From: a virus | Taxonomy: Duplodnaviria > Heunggongvirae > Uroviricota > Caudoviricetes | DNA: 43,490 nucleotides | Direction: 5' to 3' (one strand) | IMG/VR virus record: IMGVR_UViG_2778261673_000008 | Location: 1 to 43,490 of that record | Part shown: piece after piece, positions 1 to 8,620 of the stretch | Position numbering within the stretch: the first letter of the stretch is position 1 | Layout: each line of letters starts with the position of its first letter | Translations under genes and position numbers: made by a program | The notes under the pieces: generated by a model | What the model saw: the letters and a program-made list of their open reading frames with translations, nothing else | Told to the model about the DNA's origin: nothing | Databases searched by the model: none

Positions 1-1257
1 GTGCTTACCGATACAAAATTAAAAAACCTCAAGCCGCAGGACAAACTGTACAAGGTCTCCGATCGTGACGGGCTGTATGTAGCTGTGCTTACGTCAGGTA
101 CGGTCTCGTTTCGCTATGACTACCGTATCAACGGTCGCCGCGAAACACTGGTAATCGGGCAGTATGGGCGTGACGGTATCAGCCTGGCAGAAGCGCGAGA
201 AGAACTGATTGCTGCAAAGAAGCTGCTTAAAGCAGGCCAGTCACCGGCTGCGGCTAAACGTGACGGTATCAAAAAGATTCGTGGTGCCGAGACGTTTGCG
301 GTACATACCGACAGTTATATGAAACACGTCATCCTGGCTGACAGTACCCGCGCAATGAAGCAGGCGGTGATCGACCGTGACATACTTCCTGTTCTTGGTA
401 ACAAAATGATGGCTGAAATTACCACATCGATGGTTCGTGATTTGTGTGACCGGATTGTCGAACGCGGCGGCCGGGCAACAGCAGTGCAGGCCAGGGAGAT
501 CATCAGCAGCGTATACCGTCATGCCAATGACCGTGGTCATGGTTTGTTTAATCCTGCTGCTGACATTAAACCTTCGTCTATCGCCATATTTAAACCACGA
601 GAGCGAACACTGACACCAGAAGAAATTGGTCTGTTCTTCCGCACGCTGGATGCCATTGGTGCTATGGGCACTATGAAAATGGCTTTAAAGCTGGTGCTTA
701 TCACTATGGTTCGTAAAGGCGAATTCACCAATGCAACGTGGGACGAAATAGATTTTAAAAAATGGACATGGACAATTCCTTCAGACCGCATGAAGGGAAG
801 CCGGGCGCACGTTATTTACCTGCCTAAACAGGCACAGGATATATTGGTCGGGCTGCAGATGTGCGCTGGTGGAAGTGAATATCTGGTTCCTGGTCGTTAC
901 AACTTCCGGAAGCCATTATCTAATGCCGCGCTGAACTCTCTGATCGACAGAACGGTGAAAATAATAAATGAAAATGGTGAGCATATTCAGGACTTCACCG
1001 TACACGATATGCGCCGTACAGCCAGTACGTTATTGCATGAGGCTGGTTATCCTTCAGACTGGATTGAAAAGGCTCTGGCACATGAGCAGAAAGGTGTGCG
1101 CGCCGTATATAACAAAGCGGAATACGCCAGACAGCGCGCCTACATGTTGCAGCAGTGGGCAGATATGATTGATTCCTGGATTGACGGGGAGCATACGGAT
1201 CTGATTCCGTTCTCCCCGTCGAAGTTTGAGAAGTGGATGGAAGACAGTAATAAATAA
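1..1257 (+). CDS. int: Tyrosine recombinase / phage integrase (P4-type)
   Basis: 418 aa ORF from GTG at pos 1; N-terminus LTDTKLKNLKP...GLYVAV...FRYDYRINGRRETL is characteristic of P4/CP4-57-type integrases; C-terminal HDMRRTAST catalytic region. Confidence 0.85.
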   Translation: MLTDTKLKNLKPQDKLYKVSDRDGLYVAVLTSGTVSFRYDYRINGRRETLVIGQYGRDGISLAEAREELIAAKKLLKAGQSPAAAKRDGIKKIRGAETFAVHTDSYMKHVILADSTRAMKQAVIDRDILPVLGNKMMAEITTSMVRDLCDRIVERGGRATAVQAREIISSVYRHANDRGHGLFNPAADIKPSSIAIFKPRERTLTPEEIGLFFRTLDAIGAMGTMKMALKLVLITMVRKGEFTNATWDEIDFKKWTWTIPSDRMKGSRAHVIYLPKQAQDILVGLQMCAGGSEYLVPGRYNFRKPLSNAALNSLIDRTVKIINENGEHIQDFTVHDMRRTASTLLHEAGYPSDWIEKALAHEQKGVRAVYNKAEYARQRAYMLQQWADMIDSWIDGEHTDLIPFSPSKFEKWMEDSNK

Positions 1258-1259
1258 TT

Positions 1260-1919
1260 CTATCCTTCCTGGACTTTGGTAAGCGTCAGATTTCCGCAGA
1301 ACACTGCGCCGGTGTCGATGTACATCTGGTTTGCATACACCAGTGGGTGATGTGCTGGCGTATGACCGAAGATGAACAAATCGGCACCGGTTATCTCCGA
1401 GACAATACCGTCCTGCGCGTCGCTAACCCGCTCACGATTCCATATCACCATTTCTTCCGGTACTGGCTTATCGAATGCGTATTCGTTGTGCGGGTAGTCT
1501 GCGTGGCAGATGACGACCTTCTTATTGCCGGTAACCAGTTCGATAATCATCGGGAGGTTGGTAACCTTTGGCAGAAGGTATTTGAGTTGCACATCCTGCT
1601 CAGAATCAAGTTGGTGCCACCATCCACCGCCGTTTGACATCCAATGTCCGAAACTTCCGCCGTTGACCAGTGCATCCAGCATCATCTGCTCATGGTTGCC
1701 ACGAACAGCTCGGAACCACGGCATAGTAATCAAATCCAGGCATTCGACGTTTTCAGCGCCGCGGTCAACAAGGTCACCAACGGAAATAAGCAAATCGCGC
1801 GCCGGGTCGAATGAAACTTTGTCGAGTTCGTTCATCAGCAGCGTGTAGCACCCATGCAGATCGCCGACGACGAAGATATTGCACCAGTCAGCGCCATTGA
1901 TGCGTTGATATAGGTTCAT
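1260..1919 (-). CDS. Ser/Thr protein phosphatase, lambda PPase-like (calcineurin-like metallophosphoesterase)
   Basis: From MNLYQR: motifs GDLHG, GDLVDRG, GNHE; closely resembles lambda phosphatase (nin ORF221) and E. coli PrpA/PrpB from memory. ATG overlaps the upstream TGA stop (ATGA). Confidence 0.85.
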   Translation of the reverse strand: MNLYQRINGADWCNIFVVGDLHGCYTLLMNELDKVSFDPARDLLISVGDLVDRGAENVECLDLITMPWFRAVRGNHEQMMLDALVNGGSFGHWMSNGGGWWHQLDSEQDVQLKYLLPKVTNLPMIIELVTGNKKVVICHADYPHNEYAFDKPVPEEMVIWNRERVSDAQDGIVSEITGADLFIFGHTPAHHPLVYANQMYIDTGAVFCGNLTLTKVQEG

Positions 1920-2566
1920 GCTGCACGCTCCCGCCCCTGGTTGTCTGTTGGTGACAGCGGAGCATTGCTGAATGCATTTGTTAATCCGCCAATATCCAAC
2001 GCGTATCCAGGGTGTAGTTGCACTGCCGGGTCTTCGCACTGATTACCCCAAACATCGAAGCCATGAGACGACTGGCGGGCGAACAGTTCAATGCGAGAAA
2101 CATCGCCTAACAATTGCACAAGTTTTTCACGAACGACATCTGGTTTTCTTGAATGCTCAAGCCGCGGTGCGGTAAATGACTGAACGATCCCTGCATTAAT
2201 GCGCGGAGGTAGTTTTCCCTTTACTGCAAACAGGCAATCTTCACTATTGGCGCGAGTCATGTGACCCATACCCATAACCAGTTTATCTTGTTGTCGACTA
2301 CCACATTTTATCCACGTGAAGCCCTTCATGGTCATCAGACGGAATCCCCAGGATTCAACAACTTTTAGTGCTTCGAGTGGTTGTGTTGGCACCCACCACA
2401 TGGCCAACAGACAGTTTTCATCGGCCAAATCCCACACAGGAAGGCGGCAGATATCAAGCACACTCATAACCGGATATTTAAAACCGGCACCGCGATTACC
2501 ATCTGCGGCTTTGTCCCGGTATACCCAGGGTGGATCTGCATAGATTAGTGTGTATTTCTTAGTCAT
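1916..2566 (-). CDS. MT-A70 family N6-adenine DNA methyltransferase (orphan)
   Basis: Start at [14 protein letters not shown]; DPPW catalytic motif typical of MT-A70-like phage methylases; GGGGTGG RBS upstream. Confidence 0.8.
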   Translation of the reverse strand: MTKKYTLIYADPPWVYRDKAADGNRGAGFKYPVMSVLDICRLPVWDLADENCLLAMWWVPTQPLEALKVVESWGFRLMTMKGFTWIKCGSRQQDKLVMGMGHMTRANSEDCLFAVKGKLPPRINAGIVQSFTAPRLEHSRKPDVVREKLVQLLGDVSRIELFARQSSHGFDVWGNQCEDPAVQLHPGYALDIGGLTNAFSNAPLSPTDNQGRERAA

Positions 2567-2858
2567 AAACCACCCCACAACATCCTATGCCGCTATAGTC
2601 GCCACGGCGAAGGCCGTTACCTTTTGTGATACATTGGTCCCTGCGAACCGCGATCCTTGCACGTTCAACATCACCAGAAGCAACATCCATACACTGAAGC
2701 CAAAGGTGAGCGGCAATGCGGAACTGCCCTTTTTTCTCTCTTTCAATCGCGCGTTTTTCGATCTCTATCGCCGCAGGAGTAACGGCGACAATCTTTGACG
2801 GACTGCGCATTGAAACCTTGTTCATGTGATATTTTTCAAGTCGGCTTAACTTTCTCAC
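2559..2858 (-). CDS. Hypothetical protein (99 aa; start uncertain)
   Basis: ORF overlaps the methyltransferase start by 8 nt; GTG start with GAGAGGG upstream; no recognisable domain. Confidence 0.3.
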   Translation of the reverse strand: MRKLSRLEKYHMNKVSMRSPSKIVAVTPAAIEIEKRAIEREKKGQFRIAAHLWLQCMDVASGDVERARIAVRRDQCITKGNGLRRGDYSGIGCCGVVYD

Positions 2859-2967
2859 TTAATCCAACCCTCTCTGAAAATTAATGCCAGCAGATAAAGC
2901 CATGCTGAAACAGAGGCCAGGAATAAGTACCATCCTGACCATTTGCTCCAGTGCCTTAGCAGCACAC

Positions 2968-3216
2968 TCATGCAGCGTTGCTCACAGGACGATATACACG
3001 TTGCTGAACAGGAGGCTTTTTACCCTGGAACTCTGCCGGGCTTGCTGCCTGACGTTCATCAAGCCAACGCTCAACTTCATCACGGTTCCATGCGCAGCGT
3101 TTATCGGTGATATACCAGCGTTTAGGAAATTCCCCTGCGCGCTCCATACGGTCGATAGTGCTCCATGACAGTGGCACCACCGCCAGGAGTTCCTTCTTAC
3201 CTAATGCACCTTTCAT
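2968..3216 (-). CDS. AlpA-family DNA-binding protein (likely excisionase/regulator)
   Basis: 82 aa; LLAVVPLSWSTIDRMERAGEFPKRW...DEVERWL resembles AlpA/Xis winged-helix proteins; sits between recombination genes and int. Confidence 0.7.
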   Translation of the reverse strand: MKGALGKKELLAVVPLSWSTIDRMERAGEFPKRWYITDKRCAWNRDEVERWLDERQAASPAEFQGKKPPVQQRVYRPVSNAA

Positions 3217-3265
3217 AAATACCTCTCTTGGTTGCAGTGCGGCGCGCGTGGCGCCGCGGTGGTGG

Positions 3266-4147
3266 TTACATAGATGTTTCGTTTAATTCTTCCCGACGAA
3301 CGCTGTAAACGTCGGTGGCTTTTGCCAGCAGTTCGTCATCATCTGAAAGTTTTTGTGCAATGTATTTGTAAGCCTTATCCAGTTCGGAGACAGTGCTGTA
3401 ATTCATCGCTGCGCTGGTAAAGGCCATCAGCATTTCTTCTGGGTCACGGCTATCCGCTTTACGCGTTTGCTCATCAGGCTTTTTCACTGATTTAGCGTTG
3501 ATCAGACTGTTCATTCCCGCAGCAGTAGTCGTTTGCGGAGTAATGTCTCGCTCAACGCGCGGTGCCGTTTCCTGTAATTCGTCAGGGGTGTAAACACCGA
3601 GAAGTACATCAGGAGCGTGCAGGCGAGCCCATCGTTTCGTGCAAAGATAGGCAAGCTGCTGGCGCGGATCCTGTTCCCACAATGGAGAGTTACGCACTCC
3701 GGCTTGCGCCATACTGATGGTAAGCTCACGGGGTTCTGCTTCTCCTTTAAGAACTGCTGACACAGTTACCGTCAGATTCGGTGATTTATCTGTTTTGCCG
3801 TTAACATTCGACCAGTCACCGCTCCAGCGATAATTCAGGCGTGTCGCTAGCAGGCTGGAAGAGGATACGACCGCGTTTACCAACTGTGCTTCGTAGCCTA
3901 ACGTTCCGTTTACCACATGCGTTTTCTGCGCCACGGCGAAAGGGTTCATTCCCCACTGTGCCGCCTGCATGGTCACCGCCAGACAATCGGCAGGTTTGCC
4001 TTCAAGATGTTTCGGTACAGTCGCTTTGCTTTGTGACATCAACTCCGCGAAACGCACCAGTTGATTCATGCCCTCCGGGCTGAAGATTGCCGCAGCAGTA
4101 CCTACAGTTGCGCCTGGTTGTGATGTGATTGCGATATCATTGCTCAT
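3266..4147 (-). CDS. Single-strand annealing protein (RecT/Red-beta-like)
   Basis: 293 aa; QWGMNPF...NGTLGYEAQ resembles the Bet/RecT core; translationally coupled to the downstream exonuclease. Confidence 0.6.
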   Translation of the reverse strand: MSNDIAITSQPGATVGTAAAIFSPEGMNQLVRFAELMSQSKATVPKHLEGKPADCLAVTMQAAQWGMNPFAVAQKTHVVNGTLGYEAQLVNAVVSSSSLLATRLNYRWSGDWSNVNGKTDKSPNLTVTVSAVLKGEAEPRELTISMAQAGVRNSPLWEQDPRQQLAYLCTKRWARLHAPDVLLGVYTPDELQETAPRVERDITPQTTTAAGMNSLINAKSVKKPDEQTRKADSRDPEEMLMAFTSAAMNYSTVSELDKAYKYIAQKLSDDDELLAKATDVYSVRREELNETSM

Positions 4148-4965
4148 ACGTACATATCCTGTTTACGTGCCCAGTCAGGGCGTTTAATAATTTCCACTCC
4201 GCCCCACTCATCGTTGATGCGGCATTCGTGATAGGTATTCAGATCCCGGCGGAACAGAGCGTGCCCGGCATCGACATCCGGCGCATCCAGCTCGAACACG
4301 CGTACCGGATATCGACCACAATCAATGCTTTCGCTCACGGCAAGAAAGAAAAAACCATGCGGCTGACCAGTAACCCTCATTGCGCCTTCGCGGTACATTG
4401 CGTCCTGCACGTGGTAGCGGAATTCCTCGATGTGGCGTGCAAAACGGTCCATATCTGCAACCTTTTTCACGTCGACGATCACGTTGTGCTCGTTCAGCCA
4501 TTTGTCTGGACGAATGCGGCACAACTCACCCGTATCTTCATCGTTCCAGTACATTGATGCTTCGCAGTAACCAGGGGCTTCCAGCATCCAGCGTGCCGCC
4601 GGGTGAGCCATTGCGCTATCACGCATCAGCTCCAGTTTCCGCCACTGCTCGGCATCAAGTACCGTAATCCCCATATCCGCCACATCACGAAGAAATGCCT
4701 CTTCGTCAGCTTTACCTTGTTTCGTCCGACGATCGAATTTCGGTGAAACGATGAAGCGTTTGTCGAATTCTCCAGGTTCCAGAAGCAGGCAGTGCAATGC
4801 GGTTCCCATATCCAGTGCAGACTTTTTCTCTTCGTCTTCTGGTGCTGCCTGAACCCATTTAAGAAGCGCCGGATTCTTGGCAACCATGTCCAGTTGCGAC
4901 TTACTCACGCCGTCACCGGCGTGGTAGTCTTCGTTGCTGATGTCGAAATAAATTCCCGGTTTCAT
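4144..4965 (-). CDS. PD-(D/E)XK exonuclease (RecE / exonuclease VIII C-terminal-domain-like)
   Basis: 273 aa; N-terminal GIYFDISNEDYHAGDG and RPD...VDVKK nuclease motif; paired with the RecT-like gene. Confidence 0.65.
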   Translation of the reverse strand: MKPGIYFDISNEDYHAGDGVSKSQLDMVAKNPALLKWVQAAPEDEEKKSALDMGTALHCLLLEPGEFDKRFIVSPKFDRRTKQGKADEEAFLRDVADMGITVLDAEQWRKLELMRDSAMAHPAARWMLEAPGYCEASMYWNDEDTGELCRIRPDKWLNEHNVIVDVKKVADMDRFARHIEEFRYHVQDAMYREGAMRVTGQPHGFFFLAVSESIDCGRYPVRVFELDAPDVDAGHALFRRDLNTYHECRINDEWGGVEIIKRPDWARKQDMYV

Positions 4966-5262
4966 GCCGCGTCCCTCTGCCCATCAAGCTGATCAGCCAG
5001 ATCCCAGCGGGCGATAATTGCCATTGCCTCTCGCCGATAGGCATCCATCAGTTCTTCGAACTCAGGGCTGTCTTTAGCAGCCTCCAGTACTTCCTGACGA
5101 ACGCCTTTGCCTGTTACAACGTCGAAAGTTGAGGACAGTTGATGAAGTCGGATGCTCTCAATCAGTTCAACTTGTCGGTCATATAGCTGTTCTGACAGGC
5201 GGTAGTCCTTGTCGAATGCCAGCATGATTTTTTGAAGATTTTTCTGCTGATTAACGTTCATT
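4962..5262 (-). CDS. Hypothetical early protein (100 aa)
   Basis: Start taken at MNVNQQ (GGGAGGG RBS 9 nt upstream), not the longer ORF start; no recognised domain. Confidence 0.5.
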
Positions 5263-5264
5263 AT

Positions 5265-5416
5265 CAGCCCTCCCATATCTCGTTATCGTTGGCCACATCG
5301 CGAGCTTCTTTGCTGACGAAAGCCCACTTAATGCCTTCCTGTAAGGTGCTGAACTTCCAGCTCATGAATCCGCATGCAGTAACGCAGTACCAACCGTTGA
5401 TGATTTTCCACTGCAT
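5265..5416 (-). CDS. Small hypothetical protein (50 aa), first gene of the leftward early operon
   Basis: Not in ORF track (<60 aa); ATG at 5416 with GAGGT RBS; stop overlaps next gene start (TGATAATG). Translation MQWKIINGWYCVTACGFMSWKFSTLQEGIKWAFVSKEARDVANDNEIWEG. Confidence 0.35.
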
Positions 5417-5435
5417 AACTTGTTACCTCGGTCTG

Positions 5436-5513
5436 TTACCGTTGAGGTAATAATTATGCGTATATGGTTTGATGTCAATAGATATGAGTTAAAAAAATTA
5501 CCCGTTAGGTAAT
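5436..5513. promoter_or_regulatory. Left operator region: two copies of palindrome (A/G)TTACC-N5-GGTAAT
   Basis: GTTACC GTTGA GGTAAT at 5435-5451 and ATTACC CGTTA GGTAAT at 5497-5513, upstream of the leftward early operon. Confidence 0.55.
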
Positions 5514-5523
5514 CGAATAGGCA

Positions 5524-5548
5524 ATAAAAAAGCCGCCATAAGGCGGCT
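5524..5548 (-). terminator. Rho-independent terminator downstream of repressor gene
   Basis: GCCGCC-ATAA-GGCGGC hairpin followed by a T-run on the minus strand. Confidence 0.7.
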
Positions 5549-5569
5549 TACTTACTGAAAAATATGGTT

Positions 5570-6154
5570 TTATTGTTTGTTTTTTTCGTTCTGGTTGATG
5601 ACAAATTCAATGTAACTTTCGATCTTTGCTTTCTCGGTTTCGGGTAACAATGCGTAGCGCGAGCGATCATAGTTGATGGTCGCAGGGTCGTGCGGGTGAA
5701 TCAGTAATTCATAGCCGTGACGCCCGAATGCGGATGCAACATTCTCCAGGGTGGAAATGGAAACGCTGACCTCATTGTTTAACAGGCGGCTGATTGTCAC
5801 CTGGGCTACGCCGGATGCGCGGTGAAGTTTTCCCTGTGTTGAAAGGTCGCGGCTTTCGCTCATCCAGCGTTCCAGGTTGTGAGCCGCCAGCTGGCCAATG
5901 TCGCTTGGGCCGACAGGCTGAAAACCTTCCTGAGAAAGCGAGCGATCGATATCAAGCCAGTTACGGGGTTTATTGGCGGCAGCTTCAATTTTTCGTGCAA
6001 CCTGGTCGCCGATAACCTTCTTGCCAAGAGCCCAGCGGTTTACCAGATTTGCCTGAGTTCCAAGTTTTTCAGCCATCCGCGTCTGAACACCATTGAATTC
6101 ACGGTCGATCAAGTCGTTGAGATTTTGCCTGCGGACGTCCTGGATACTTTTCAT
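5570..6154 (-). CDS. Phage repressor with two tandem XRE-type HTH domains, no S24 peptidase domain
   Basis: 194 aa; HTH-like segments near residues 25-65 and 110-160; divergent from the Cro-like gene with operators in between; own terminator. Confidence 0.7.
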   Translation of the reverse strand: MKSIQDVRRQNLNDLIDREFNGVQTRMAEKLGTQANLVNRWALGKKVIGDQVARKIEAAANKPRNWLDIDRSLSQEGFQPVGPSDIGQLAAHNLERWMSESRDLSTQGKLHRASGVAQVTISRLLNNEVSVSISTLENVASAFGRHGYELLIHPHDPATINYDRSRYALLPETEKAKIESYIEFVINQNEKNKQ

Positions 6155-6208
6155 TTTCTGGAAAATCGCCTCATATCTGAATCAGAAGATGATTCAATTT
6201 AAAGCAAT

Positions 6209-6273
6209 ATTACCCAACAGGTAAATGCACCTCGTGGGTAACTATCCTTGATTTTTGTTACCTTATAGGTGAA
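6209..6273. promoter_or_regulatory. Right operator region between repressor and Cro-like gene (three sites)
   Basis: ATTACC CAACA GGTAAA (6209-6225), weaker GCACC TCGTG GGTAA (6227-6241), GTTACC TTATA GGTGAA (6257-6273). Confidence 0.55.
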
Positions 6274-6308
6274 TATTTATTATCTGAAATAAATATCAGG
6301 CAATAGCT

Positions 6309-6539
6309 ATGAGCGATAACGGACATTTCGATTTCAAAAAGCACTGGCTTGCACTTACTCCGGATGAGCGTGAAGCCTTCGCACAGGAAGCCGGAACGAC
6401 GAGTCACTATATCCAGACTCACTTAACAGGTAAGCGCAAAATGCCAGGTAAGGTATTGATGAATGGGCTTTTTAAAGCCTGTAAAACAAGACAATGGCTG
6501 CGCTCAAAAGCAGAACTGGCATACTTCTTCTACTCATGA
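6309..6539 (+). CDS. Cro-like HTH DNA-binding regulator
   Basis: 76 aa, divergent from repressor; HTH-like FAQEAGTTSHYIQTHLTGKR; followed by a terminator. Confidence 0.5.
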   Translation: MSDNGHFDFKKHWLALTPDEREAFAQEAGTTSHYIQTHLTGKRKMPGKVLMNGLFKACKTRQWLRSKAELAYFFYS

Positions 6540-6561
6540 TATCCAGCCACAACCCTCTGTA

Positions 6562-6586
6562 GACCGCCATCCGGCGGTCTTTTCAT
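6562..6586 (+). terminator. Rho-independent terminator after Cro-like gene
   Basis: GACCGCC-ATCC-GGCGGTC hairpin followed by TTTTC. Confidence 0.65.
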
Positions 6587-6594
6587 ATCTATTC

Positions 6595-6610
6595 GTACCT
6601 CAAAGGTAAT
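6595..6610. promoter_or_regulatory. Operator-like palindrome GTACC-N5-GGTAAT
   Basis: GTACC TCAAA GGTAAT just downstream of the terminator and upstream of the 6690 gene. Confidence 0.4.
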
Positions 6611-6689
6611 AAAAAACCAAATATGGTTGATCTTTTTTTTGTGTCAGCACAAAATAACCGTAATCCCAATACTAATAACAGGGCTTACC

Positions 6690-6890
6690 ATGGAAATCAT
6701 TACACGTATTGATGCCGCAAAGCGCGGACTTAAACGCTACTACACCGGAAAACCATGTAAGCACGGACATGACAGTGAACGCTGGGTTTACAACGGACAC
6801 TGTGTTGAGTGCACCATGGAATCAAACCGTCGTATCAGGGCAGAGATTAAGCAGATCATGATTAATTCCTCCCCACAACACTCAAGCTGA
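6690..6890 (+). CDS. Small zinc-binding protein (C-x-H-x-H...H-C-x2-C), function unknown
   Basis: MEIITRIDAAKRGLKRYYTGKPCKHGHDSERWVYNGHCVEC...; occupies the cII-like position between cro-like and O-like genes. Confidence 0.45.
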   Translation: MEIITRIDAAKRGLKRYYTGKPCKHGHDSERWVYNGHCVECTMESNRRIRAEIKQIMINSSPQHSS

Positions 6891-6905
6891 TAGCGGAGAT
6901 TAATC

Positions 6906-7721
6906 ATGAGCAGACATGCAACAGATTGGGCCTGGGAGACAGATCCAGGTAGCTCATCATTAAAGCTCATACTGCTCTCGATGGCTGACAGAGCCGATGA
7001 ATATAACCTCTGCTACCCCAGCATAGAACGCCTCGTTAAAGACACTTGCCTGAATAAAAAAACCGTGCAGGCCGGGCTTATATCGCTCATGAAAATGGGG
7101 CTTATTTCAGATACCGGAGAGAGAAAGGGAGCGACAAAAAGAGTGCGGGTTTTCTCTCTTAATATAACCAAAAACGGGAACATTAAAGGCAACCGGGAGG
7201 GGGGCAATGAACCCGAAAACGTTAATGTTCCCGAAAACGGGAATATACCCAAAAACGGGATGTTGAATGATCCCAAAAACGGGATGTTGAATGATCCCAA
7301 AAACGGGATCCAGAACCAGTCATATAACCAGTCATATAACCAAGAGAGGGAGAGCAGGACAAAAAACGGGGATTCTGTGCATCATGACCCCGGCGCAAAC
7401 AACGCCGTGATGAATAACTTTGTTCCTCCTGGTGGGCCAGGGCAATTAGGCAAATTTGTCATGCATGAACAATGGCAGCCATCAGATGACTTTCTTCGGA
7501 AAAGCTCATTGCAGGGGATCTACCTGGACAGTCTGCCAACGGCACAGGAACTTGCAGAGTTCAGAATTTACTGGATGGCTGAGGGTAAGGCATACCATCA
7601 GGCACAGTGGGAGCAGAAGCTGGCAAGGCGACTGCAGATTAGCAGACAGAAGCAATCAACATTACCTGATAACAACGTTCCGCACTGGAACAGCCCTGAA
7701 GCATGGGAGGATTTCTTGTGA
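6906..7721 (+). CDS. Replication initiator (lambda O-like role) containing iterons
   Basis: 271 aa; N-terminal winged-helix-like region; internal repeats PENGNIPKNGMLNDPKNGMLNDPKNG are encoded by DNA iterons; immediately upstream of the P-like gene. Confidence 0.65.
   Translation: MSRHATDWAWETDPGSSSLKLILLSMADRADEYNLCYPSIERLVKDTCLNKKTVQAGLISLMKMGLISDTGERKGATKRVRVFSLNITKNGNIKGNREGGNEPENVNVPENGNIPKNGMLNDPKNGMLNDPKNGIQNQSYNQSYNQERESRTKNGDSVHHDPGANNAVMNNFVPPGGPGQLGKFVMHEQWQPSDDFLRKSSLQGIYLDSLPTAQELAEFRIYWMAEGKAYHQAQWEQKLARRLQISRQKQSTLPDNNVPHWNSPEAWEDFL
7168..7308 (+). repeat. Iteron array (putative phage replication origin) inside the O-like gene
   Basis: CCC(A/G)AAAACGGGA repeated at 7168, 7212 (partial), 7230, 7248, 7272, 7296 with 18-24 bp spacing, followed by tandem CAGTCATATAACC x2 (7317-7342). 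Confidence 0.7.
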
Positions 7722-8503
7722 ACAACGTTTTTACCGCGATACAAAACCGTGACGGAGAAGCCCTTTCTCGCATGTCAGGTTATGAGCATCAGTACACCAA
7801 CAATGACAACGTGGTGAACATGTCAGCAGAGAGGCTTGTTGATGCCCTTTTCAAACAGCTGAAACAACTGTTTCCGGCGGCAGTGGTAACCAACCTGAAG
7901 ACGCCAGAGCAGGAAGTTGCTGCAAAACAGCAGTGGATTGCTGCGTTTGCCGAAGGGGGGATCCGAACCCGTGAACAGGTTTCTGCTGGTATGCGCCACG
8001 CCCGAGCCAGTGAATCTCCGTTCTGGCCGTCGCCTGGGCAATTCATCAAGTGGTGTAAAGACAGCAAGATGGTTCTTGGCGTCACCATTGACGATGTGAT
8101 GGCAGAGTTTCACCGGTACAGCAAGGAAAAAAGTTTATATCCTGGTGGTCCCGAAAGATTCCCGTGGCGGCATCCGGTTATGTACTGGGTCGTATGTGAT
8201 ACCCGCCGTGCAATGTATCAGCGCCAGCTTAGCGAGATTGAGGTTGAGAAACACGCGCGCAGGCTGCTCGATGATTGGGCGAAAAAGGTGGCTTCCGGAC
8301 AGCAGATACCCGATCCGGTGATCAGCATACAGGCAAAGCCAGAACCCATGAGTACGCCTCCGGACACAGGGAGAGATGTTTACCATCCACCAGGGCGAAG
8401 TTTCGGGTGCATGCCTAACGCCGCCACCCTTGGGGGAATAACACCGGCGCAGTGGCTGATGGAGGAATACAGGCGAGGAAAGGCAGCAGGATTTATCAAG
8501 TAA
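7718..8503 (+). CDS. Replication protein P-like (helicase loader)
   Basis: QQWIAAFAEGGIRTREQVSAGMRHARASESPFWPSPGQFIKWC is close to lambda P (RRQWVLAFRENGITTMEQVNAGMRVARRQNRPFLPSPGQFVAWC, from memory); GTG start with GGGAGGA RBS overlapping the O-like stop. Confidence 0.8.
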   Translation: MNNVFTAIQNRDGEALSRMSGYEHQYTNNDNVVNMSAERLVDALFKQLKQLFPAAVVTNLKTPEQEVAAKQQWIAAFAEGGIRTREQVSAGMRHARASESPFWPSPGQFIKWCKDSKMVLGVTIDDVMAEFHRYSKEKSLYPGGPERFPWRHPVMYWVVCDTRRAMYQRQLSEIEVEKHARRLLDDWAKKVASGQQIPDPVISIQAKPEPMSTPPDTGRDVYHPPGRSFGCMPNAATLGGITPAQWLMEEYRRGKAAGFIK

Positions 8504-8539
8504 TACCAGCGCGATAGCGCATTTTTTTACGCCTATATG

Positions 8540-8618
8540 ATTACCTTGTAGGTAATAAAATGTTCTAATTTCTATTGATTTCATGTCTTATGTGGTTTTT
8601 AATTACCTAAGGGGTAAA
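8540..8618. promoter_or_regulatory. Two operator palindromes upstream of the 8621 operon
   Basis: ATTACC TTGTA GGTAAT (8540-8556) and ATTACC TAAGG GGTAAA (8602-8618, 3 nt before the ATG), with TATGTGGTT between them. Confidence 0.5.
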
Positions 8619-8620
8619 TC

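Noticed and set aside
7168-7342. Tandem repeats in the O-like gene as a CRISPR array or VNTR
   Set aside because: Repeats are short (13 bp), imperfect, lie inside a coding sequence and have no spacer/repeat alternation or cas genes; they fit replication iterons.
8602-8618. The GGTAA half of the palindromes being only a Shine-Dalgarno variant
   Set aside because: Several sites lie close to start codons, but many (OL, OR, 14734, 32265, 33326, 34549) are 40-130 bp from any start, and all carry the matching TTACC half 5 bp away, which an RBS does not explain.
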